Part shown: piece by piece, positions 10,592 through 16,668 of the stretch | Layout: every line of letters starts with the position of its first letter | How positions within the stretch are numbered: position 1 is the stretch's first letter | NCBI GenBank assembly: GCA_045661145.1 | Contig: JAZRFC010000048.1 | Coordinates: 2,071-66,070, forward strand | Direction: 5' to 3' | Origin: Clostridia bacterium | GTDB lineage: Bacteria > Bacillota > Clostridia > UMGS1883 | DNA: 64,000 nt | Made by a program: the position numbers and the translations under genes | Notes under the pieces: generated by a model | Seen by the model: only the letters and a program-made list of their open reading frames with translations | Databases searched by the model: none | What the model was told of the DNA's origin: nothing

Positions 10592-10634
10592 AAAAAAAGA
10601 CTTTTACCGCACAAATATAATGCAGTAAAAGTCT
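10592..10634 (-). terminator. Intrinsic terminator forming the expression platform of the Mn2+ riboswitch
   Basis: The minus-strand RNA reads AGACUUUUACUGC-loop-GCGGUAAAAGUCU followed by U7. Its 5' arm reuses the 3' strand of the riboswitch P1 helix (CUUUUAC). Confidence 0.75.
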
Positions 10635-10722
10635 TGCTGTTTAATACAAAGGCGGGCAATAGGATTGCCGTACTGACGCCATTGTACCGAATTACATAAA
10701 CTCGGTAGCTACTCCCTTTTAC
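10625..10722 (-). promoter_or_regulatory. yybP-ykoY (Mn2+) riboswitch aptamer
   Basis: The minus-strand RNA is GUAAAAGGGAGUAGCUACCGAG...UAUUAAACAGCAAGACUUUUAC. It has the 5' AAGGGAGUAGC and 3' CAGCAAGAC signatures, a closing P1 (GUAAAAG/CUUUUAC) and internal hairpins UACCGA/UCGGUA and GGCAAU/AUUGCC. Confidence 0.7.
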
Positions 10723-10729
10723 GGAGAGA

Positions 10730-10758
10730 ATTTTAACATAAAAATTACCATTTGTCAA
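10730..10758 (-). promoter_or_regulatory. Sigma-A type promoter for the riboswitch-led operon
   Basis: On the minus strand: TTGACA (10753-10758), a 17 nt spacer, then TAAAAT (10730-10735). Confidence 0.7.
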
Positions 10759-10761
10759 TAA

Positions 10762-11715
10762 TCAAAAAGGCAGTATCTCAAACGCTCTCAATACAGTATA
10801 TGCAACATATATCACATATATTACTACGCAGACAAGTCCCTCGGGACGGTTAACCTTTTTGTTTGTTAGACAAGCAAAATACATAACTACATTTACAAAG
10901 ATAAGAATTATCGTGTCAATGAGGGCTTCTGTTCCGCAATTAAGAGGATGGACAAGACCACTCATACCTAAAATAAACACAATATTGAACAGGCAGGAGC
11001 CTACCACATTGCCGAGGGCAATCTCACTTTCGCCCTTCTTAGCCGCAACAATACTTGTTACAAGCTCGGGAAGAGATGTTCCCACAGCAACTACCGTAAG
11101 GCCGATAAGCATTTCGCTCATACCAAAGGCACCTGCAAAAAATTTGGCACTGTCAACGGTAAATGTTCCTCCAATAATTATACCTGCACCGCCCAGCAGA
11201 ATGAAAACAAGGCTTTTTAAAACGGACATAGGCCTATCATCGCTTTCAGTCTGATGAGGGTTTTTAAGGGCAGACCTTACCAATATAATCATATATGCTA
11301 TAAAAACTACGAACAGAATTACTGCCTCAATACGGGAGAGCGTTCTGTCAATAAGCATAACACCTAATACAACAGTTATTCCTATACAAAGGGGGAAATC
11401 TCTCTTCATAATCATCTTATCCACAACAAAGGGGCAGATAAGAGCGGAAAACCCAACAACCATCAATAAATTAAATATGTTAGAACCTATAACATTTGCG
11501 ATAGAAAGGTCGTAGCTTCCCTGAAGTGATGATGTAATACTTACAGCCGCCTCGGGAAGAGAAGTTCCGATAGAAACTATTGTAAGACCAATTATAACCG
11601 ACGGAATTTTAAATATTTTCGCAACGGAGCTGCTTCCGTCAACGAATAGGTCAGCACCTTTTACAAGAAGAAAAAAACCGCCGATAAGTAAGACTAAATT
11701 CAGAATATAATCCAT
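10762..11715 (-). CDS. CaCA-family (YrbG-like) cation/Ca2+ antiporter, upstream paralog
   Basis: 317 aa and colinear with the 9576-10532 product over its full length (MDYxLNLxLL...GADLFVDGSSSVAK...). Confidence 0.88.
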   Translation of the reverse strand: MDYILNLVLLIGGFFLLVKGADLFVDGSSSVAKIFKIPSVIIGLTIVSIGTSLPEAAVSITSSLQGSYDLSIANVIGSNIFNLLMVVGFSALICPFVVDKMIMKRDFPLCIGITVVLGVMLIDRTLSRIEAVILFVVFIAYMIILVRSALKNPHQTESDDRPMSVLKSLVFILLGGAGIIIGGTFTVDSAKFFAGAFGMSEMLIGLTVVAVGTSLPELVTSIVAAKKGESEIALGNVVGSCLFNIVFILGMSGLVHPLNCGTEALIDTIILIFVNVVMYFACLTNKKVNRPEGLVCVVIYVIYVAYTVLRAFEILPF

Positions 11716-11763
11716 AATTGCACCTCTTTCGATTAGATATTCTATATCTGAAACGAGGAGTTG

Positions 11764-12528
11764 TCAAGAATAAAAACAAAGCTCGACAAAAATTCCGCCA
11801 AGCTCCCTTATATAATACATAGGGAGAAGATAAAGCGGAGTATCGCCCGAAACGCCGTATACTTCAACTCCGTATCTTTTGGCAACTTTCTGTGCTCTGT
11901 ACTGATGAAAATTATTTGTAATCAGGGTAACGGCATGGGGGAGCTTTTCCGTTGCTATTATTTCCTTTGAAAAAGAAAGGTTTTCCTGTGTGGACGTGGA
12001 TTTGTCCTCTATATAAAGTCTTTCTTTTTCAATACCCTTTTCAGTAAGCCAATCATACATTGCCTGTGCCTCGCTGATATGCTCGTCAGAACCTTGTCCG
12101 CCTGATAGAATACAAGGAACTTCGGGATTTTCGCTAAGGTAGGAATATGCCGCCTCCAACCTTTTAAGAAGTGACAGGCTGGGACCATTGGGATTTACCT
12201 TGCAGCCAAGGACAATTACGGTAGTTTTTTTGTCAGGGGAGTTATATGCCGCACGAATCATATTAAATGTGGCAAAGCCCGTGAATATAATGCAAAGTGC
12301 AAGAATGAGTGAAACTGCCGAAAAAACTGCTTTCCAGAGCTTGTTTTTCCACAAAGCCTTGATTGTACAATTGATTTTACCGTACAATGCCCCATAGAAA
12401 AATAAAACTGCACCCAAAAGAAGCCCTGCAATATTTCCTATGTTAAGAATCCCGAACATCGTAAAGGGAAGCAGGAAAATAAAAAACAAAAATAATGAAA
12501 TTGTGATTAGTAAATAATTCTTTTTCAT
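11764..12528 (-). CDS. DUF218 (YdcF/ElyC/SanA-like) membrane-anchored protein
   Basis: The start was moved to the internal ATG (MKKNYLLITISLF...) because the upstream part of the 297 aa ORF overlaps the XRE gene. VIVLGCKVNPNGPS and SGGQGSDE are typical of DUF218. Confidence 0.75.
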   Translation of the reverse strand: MKKNYLLITISLFLFFIFLLPFTMFGILNIGNIAGLLLGAVLFFYGALYGKINCTIKALWKNKLWKAVFSAVSLILALCIIFTGFATFNMIRAAYNSPDKKTTVIVLGCKVNPNGPSLSLLKRLEAAYSYLSENPEVPCILSGGQGSDEHISEAQAMYDWLTEKGIEKERLYIEDKSTSTQENLSFSKEIIATEKLPHAVTLITNNFHQYRAQKVAKRYGVEVYGVSGDTPLYLLPMYYIRELGGIFVELCFYS

Positions 12529-12532
12529 AACA

Positions 12533-12733
12533 TTAACTCTTGAACTCTTTTCCATTAATAAGAAAATCAATGGAAACGTTAAAATATTCAGACATTTTGA
12601 TAAGCATATCAATACTTGGTTCACGTTTACCATTTTCATAATGAGAAAGTGCTTCACGAGTAATGTTTAAATCCATAGCAACCTTTAACTGTGTCAAACG
12701 ACGTTCTTTTCTGATTTGTTTTAATCCTTTCAA
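12533..12733 (-). CDS. XRE-family helix-turn-helix transcriptional regulator (66 aa)
   Basis: TTG start preceded by AGAGGTGA. The HTH reads RRLTQLKVAMDLNITREALSHYENGKREPSIDMLIKMSEYFNVSIDFL. Confidence 0.8.
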   Translation of the reverse strand: MKGLKQIRKERRLTQLKVAMDLNITREALSHYENGKREPSIDMLIKMSEYFNVSIDFLINGKEFKS

Positions 12734-12763
12734 AAAAAATCACCTCTTGATAGAGATATTATG

Positions 12764-13231
12764 TTATAATGTGTCGCTTTTCCCCAAATTGCATTTAGAA
12801 CAAAGAGTCTGTAAATTATCTATTGTTGTTTTCCCGCCTTTTGACCAAGGTATAATGTGGTCAATATGTAATTCAAGAGAAGAGTCTTTCGCAGGAGAAG
12901 AACCGCAAGCACAGCATTTAAAGTTATCTCTCTTCAGAACCTGATACCTTAATTTGACAGATATATTTCTTGAGGAGTTGCGAGAATTCTTTTCTGTCTT
13001 TTGTTGGCACTTCGGACACTTTCTCAACCATACATCACATCCGTTTGCGAAATATTTATGCCCGCAATTAAGACATTCCATTTCAAAGAATTTTTGGTTG
13101 TAATGAGTTTCGGAAATGCCTGCATAACCAAGATTCTTTTGATTGTTTTTGTTTATGTACCCTGTATCTGTTGTTTTCATAGTTTTCCACTCCGCCCTAA
13201 TGCTTGTCCTGTGAAAATCATTTGTATTCAC
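12764..13231 (-). CDS. HNH endonuclease with an N-terminal zinc-ribbon
   Basis: 155 aa. CLNCGH...CPKCQ is followed by the HNH core CCACGS...HIDHIIPWSKGGKTTIDNLQTLCSKCN. Confidence 0.85.
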   Translation of the reverse strand: MNTNDFHRTSIRAEWKTMKTTDTGYINKNNQKNLGYAGISETHYNQKFFEMECLNCGHKYFANGCDVWLRKCPKCQQKTEKNSRNSSRNISVKLRYQVLKRDNFKCCACGSSPAKDSSLELHIDHIIPWSKGGKTTIDNLQTLCSKCNLGKSDTL

Positions 13232-13254
13232 ACTTCCTGTTTTGAAGATATGTT

Positions 13255-13893
13255 TTATTTTTTATGTAGACACTCTGCGACCTGCTCGGAAATTTGTTTC
13301 ATTCCTAACTCGGTAGGATGACCGTTTTCTTTGTCTATTTCTTTAAGATATAAATATTTGACGTTGTTTTTTTCGCAGGCTTCTATAAAGCCATTGGTAA
13401 TCTCTTCTTTCAAATCAGTGTTTATGATAACGATTATATCCTGAGCAACTTTTTTTGCTTTGTCAATCAGATAGCAAAATGCAGGCAACACGCACTTTAA
13501 TTCCTCGGCAGTCCAATCTGAATACTTAAGATTCCCGATAGGAGCATCTATCCAGGAATCGTTAGTTCCTCCGAATATAAGCATTGTGTCGATTTTGTTT
13601 TCAATAAAAACTTTTTCCAATATATATTTGTCTAGTCTGTTAATGAATGATGATTCGTCAGGAAGAGTCGGCCTTACCGTATTACAAATTGTTGAACCCG
13701 AAAAACTATCGTTAAGTATTATGTTAAGGCTGTTTTCGTTTGCGAATATATGCCACCAGGTTTTTTCTACGCCTTTGACGATTGGCTTGTCTTTCCTTTC
13801 GTCGCAATAATAAGCGTGATGTCCTTCGGGAATATATCCCGCATAAGTTGAGTAACTGTCGCCCATTATAAATATGTTTTTCTTAGTTTTCAT
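13255..13893 (-). CDS. SGNH/GDSL-family hydrolase
   Basis: 212 aa with block I GDSYS, block II SGST, block III GGTNDS and a C-terminal GHPT. Confidence 0.75.
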   Translation of the reverse strand: MKTKKNIFIMGDSYSTYAGYIPEGHHAYYCDERKDKPIVKGVEKTWWHIFANENSLNIILNDSFSGSTICNTVRPTLPDESSFINRLDKYILEKVFIENKIDTMLIFGGTNDSWIDAPIGNLKYSDWTAEELKCVLPAFCYLIDKAKKVAQDIIVIINTDLKEEITNGFIEACEKNNVKYLYLKEIDKENGHPTELGMKQISEQVAECLHKK

Positions 13894-13917
13894 TTCTCAC
13901 ACCCCATTTGAATTTAA

Positions 13918-13965
13918 TTATATTTGGCACAGCAACACACAGCACTGAACGTGGGTTGTGCTGTG
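13918..13965 (-). pseudogene. Relic duplicate of the last ~13 codons of the RumA-type methyltransferase gene
   Basis: The minus-strand reading directly after the stop at 13975-13977 is CRRHSTTHVQCCVLLCQI*. The functional C-terminus at 15325-15366 reads QTSHVECCVLLCRT*. Confidence 0.6.
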
Positions 13966-13974
13966 TCTGCGACA

Positions 13975-15126
13975 CTATTGCTTATGACAGTGTTTTCTTA
14001 TAACACATCTGTCGCAATTAGGTTCTGCTGTGCAAATTTTTGCTTGACCATCCGCACAATAGCTCCAAAGAAAATTGTCTAATTCTGCATAAAGTTTATT
14101 TGTGCTATCCTTCATGTCTGTCATAACAGCAAAAAAATCATCATCGGAAATATTTATGTTGTTAGAAATGTTTAATCTCTCGGGGGAGAGTATCCTTTTC
14201 AGGTGAACGTCAGGCTTTGCACCGTCTATGCCGACATTTCGCAAATATTCCCACGCCAATGCAGGGCCTATTGTTTTCATCTTCAAGTTGCTCTCGTTAG
14301 AGGATAACTTTTCAACAATTTTGAATGCTGGTTCGGATAAAAGAAAACCATCAACAGAACCATATAATTTTTCAATCTCGATAAGTTTTCTGATGTTTTG
14401 ATGCAAATTATTAAAATCTCTATTTGTTACTTGACTTCCACATTTGATGTTTTTTATTTGCTCTACAAAGTAATGTTCATCACATTCAAGTATTTTTTTA
14501 TAGTCATAGTCAAAGAAAATCTTTTGTATTATATCTAATTTTTCTTCTATGCGTTGCCATTTTTGCCGATTGCTTAATTTGGACAATATTAATGCTTTGC
14601 AGTGTTCGTTCAAGTCGTAAAATTTTCCTGATTTTCTTAATTTATACTCTTTCAAAGCGATTGAAGGATATAAAAGGTCTGGGTATGTTTCAAAAAACTT
14701 TTCCAAATCATATATAAAATCGTACTTATTTATTCGTGTTTTGTGTTGCAATTCATTGTGTTCTTTGTTCTTTGCTTTGATCTGCTTGCTTTTCGCAGTA
14801 GTGACGGATGCAATCAACTTTCTTCTTATTGTTCCGCATTTGTTAGTTAATGACTTATATACAATTTCAGCAATCTTATTTTTGCGAAACAACAATTCTA
14901 ACCAATATTCAGTTTCAAAACTTTCCTTTAAGGCTATTTCTAATTTGTTTATAAAATCAGCCTTGCTTTGAGCGTATTTTGCCTCGTGAAGGTTTGCACC
15001 TATTGACGAAGAACATCTTAACAATTGATTTACATACACAGAACAACCTTTAATGTTATCGCAAATGTCGGATATTTCTATTGCAAAATTTATAGTTTCT
15101 TCTCTTAATAAGTTTTTCTGGCCCAT
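13975..15126 (-). CDS. Fusion of a four-helix-bundle (23S rRNA IVS / Avd-like) domain to an HhH-type DNA glycosylase-like domain with an Fe-S cluster loop
   Basis: 383 aa single ORF. The N-terminal ~115 aa match the four-helix-bundle family (QLLRCSSSIGANLHEAKYAQSKADFINKLEIALKESFETEYWLELL). The C-terminus has GPALAWEYLRNVGIDGAKPDVHLKRIL (EndoIII-like HhH plus DxH) and CTAEPNCDRCVIRKHC. Confidence 0.65.
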   Translation of the reverse strand: MGQKNLLREETINFAIEISDICDNIKGCSVYVNQLLRCSSSIGANLHEAKYAQSKADFINKLEIALKESFETEYWLELLFRKNKIAEIVYKSLTNKCGTIRRKLIASVTTAKSKQIKAKNKEHNELQHKTRINKYDFIYDLEKFFETYPDLLYPSIALKEYKLRKSGKFYDLNEHCKALILSKLSNRQKWQRIEEKLDIIQKIFFDYDYKKILECDEHYFVEQIKNIKCGSQVTNRDFNNLHQNIRKLIEIEKLYGSVDGFLLSEPAFKIVEKLSSNESNLKMKTIGPALAWEYLRNVGIDGAKPDVHLKRILSPERLNISNNINISDDDFFAVMTDMKDSTNKLYAELDNFLWSYCADGQAKICTAEPNCDRCVIRKHCHKQ

Positions 15127-15140
15127 ACACTTTTCTCCTT

Positions 15141-15320
15141 TGTCGATATACTCGCTTTGCTCGTTCGATATATTTTGCTTCGCAAAATTCGATATAACCT
15201 CGCTTTGCTCGGTTTCGATATGATATAAATCTCGTTGCCGTAAGGCAACATATCGAGCCGTTAGGCATATCGAGTTCTAACAGAACATATCAAAAATCTC
15301 GCAAGAGATTTATATCGATG
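15141..15320. repeat. Repeat field of eight TCGATAT / ATATCGA heptamers in two opposed sets, with GNRA-loop hairpins
   Basis: TCGATAT(A/G) occurs at 15143, 15165, 15189 and 15215. (C/T)ATATCGA(G/T) occurs at 15249, 15266 and 15311, with a degenerate copy at 15286. CTCGCTTTGCTCG occurs twice. Hairpins seen: TTGCC-GTAA-GGCAA, ATCTC-GCAA-GAGAT, ATTTTGC-TTC-GCAAAAT. Confidence 0.8.
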
Positions 15321-15324
15321 AGTG

Positions 15325-16668
15325 CTATGTGCGACATAATAGCACACAGCACTCAACATGTGAAGTTTGTGGGAATTGGTCGAACACGTGGACTTCCTTT
15401 AGTATATATCCGTTTTGACATAGGTATTTTGTATCCCTTGCCATTGTGGCAGGGTCGCAGGAAACATAAACAATTCTCTCCGGCTTCATTTCTGCAATAG
15501 AGGAGAGAAGCTTTTCATCGCATCCTTTTCTGGGTGGGTCGAGAACAACTACGTCGGCTTTTTCACCGTTTCTTATAAGCTTCGGCGCAACATCCTCTGC
15601 AGGCCCACAATAAAATTCCGTGTTGTCAATGCCGTTTAATTCTGCGTTTTCCTTTGCGTTTTTCACGGCATCCTCTACTATTTCAATGCCTATAACTTTC
15701 TTCGCTTTTGGGGCAAGGAAAAGACTGATGCTTCCCGTTCCGCAGTAAAGGTCGAACACGGTTTTTTCTTTATCAAGGGCAGCAAGCTCCAACGCTTTTT
15801 CGTAAAGCAGTCTGGTGGTGCAGGGGTTTACCTGATAAAAACTTTTATAATGCACCTTATATTTAACTTCGCCAACATTATCGATAATGTACGGAACTCC
15901 ATATATTACCTTATCTCTGTCGCCGTACACATTATTTGTTCTGTCGGGGTTTATGTTTACAACAATCCCTTTCACAAAAGGAAATTTTTCCGTAATTGCA
16001 TCAACAAGGATTTCGGTAGAGGGGAGCGACTTTTTTGCAACAAGTACAAGCACCGCCTCGTCTTTACCTGTTCGCATACATATTCTGCGAAGATTTCCCG
16101 AAGCCGTTTCTTCATCATAAATATCTATGCCGTTATCGGTTGCCCATTTGCATACGGCACCGACAACCTCGTTTGTTCTTACGTCCTGCAAACTGCATGC
16201 CTCGGGGACAACAACTCTGTGGCTGTGTGGTGCGTAGAAGCCTGCACAAACCTCTCCGTCAATAACTGTTACGGGAAACTGTGCCTTATTTCTGTAATTA
16301 TAGCAAGGATTGCTTCCCGTGACAGAATCAATTTTAGCACCGGAAAATCCGCCGATTCTTACAAGGGCGTCAAGGACTTTATTCTTTTTGTACTCAAGCT
16401 GATAGCTGTATTCAACACTCTGCATACTGCAGCCGCCGCACTTCTGGAAAACCTCACAACGGGGAGTGGTTCTCAGCGGTGACGGTTCTATAACCTCCAG
16501 AAGCTTGCCGTAGCCGTAATTCTTCTTTTCCTTAACAATCAGAATTTTTGCAATATCGCCCTTGACTGCACCGGGTACAAATACCGTAAAACCGTCAGGC
16601 TTGGCAATTCCCTCGCCATCGGAGCCGAATCCAATAATCTCTGTTATATGTTCTGTATTTTTGTACAT
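15325..16668 (-). CDS. 23S rRNA (uracil-C5)-methyltransferase, RumA/RlmD/TrmA family
   Basis: 447 aa with an N-terminal TRAM domain, Fe-S cysteines (CEVFQKCGGC), a SAM-binding DLYCGTGS motif and a C-terminal DPPRKG...SCDPATMARD. Confidence 0.9.
   Translation of the reverse strand: MYKNTEHITEIIGFGSDGEGIAKPDGFTVFVPGAVKGDIAKILIVKEKKNYGYGKLLEVIEPSPLRTTPRCEVFQKCGGCSMQSVEYSYQLEYKKNKVLDALVRIGGFSGAKIDSVTGSNPCYNYRNKAQFPVTVIDGEVCAGFYAPHSHRVVVPEACSLQDVRTNEVVGAVCKWATDNGIDIYDEETASGNLRRICMRTGKDEAVLVLVAKKSLPSTEILVDAITEKFPFVKGIVVNINPDRTNNVYGDRDKVIYGVPYIIDNVGEVKYKVHYKSFYQVNPCTTRLLYEKALELAALDKEKTVFDLYCGTGSISLFLAPKAKKVIGIEIVEDAVKNAKENAELNGIDNTEFYCGPAEDVAPKLIRNGEKADVVVLDPPRKGCDEKLLSSIAEMKPERIVYVSCDPATMARDTKYLCQNGYILKEVHVFDQFPQTSHVECCVLLCRT

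Noticed and set aside
11764-12657. Long N-terminal extensions appear in the ORF track here and at 33564, 24006, 24664, 29101 and 21867.
   Set aside because: The extensions overlap upstream genes or lack an RBS. Internal starts with good SD sequences and family-typical N-termini were used instead.
13975-15126. The Avd-like four-helix bundle suggested a diversity-generating retroelement.
   Set aside because: There is no reverse transcriptase anywhere in the window and no template/variable repeat pair.
15141-15320. The regularly spaced short repeats could have been a CRISPR array.
   Set aside because: The repeat unit is only 7-8 nt, spacing is irregular (17-26 nt), the copies occur in both orientations, and there are no cas genes.
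16644-16668. The GH13 stop and the methyltransferase start overlap by 25 nt, which might indicate a frameshift or fusion.
   Set aside because: Both proteins are full-length with intact family-typical termini. A short overlap of co-directional genes is common.
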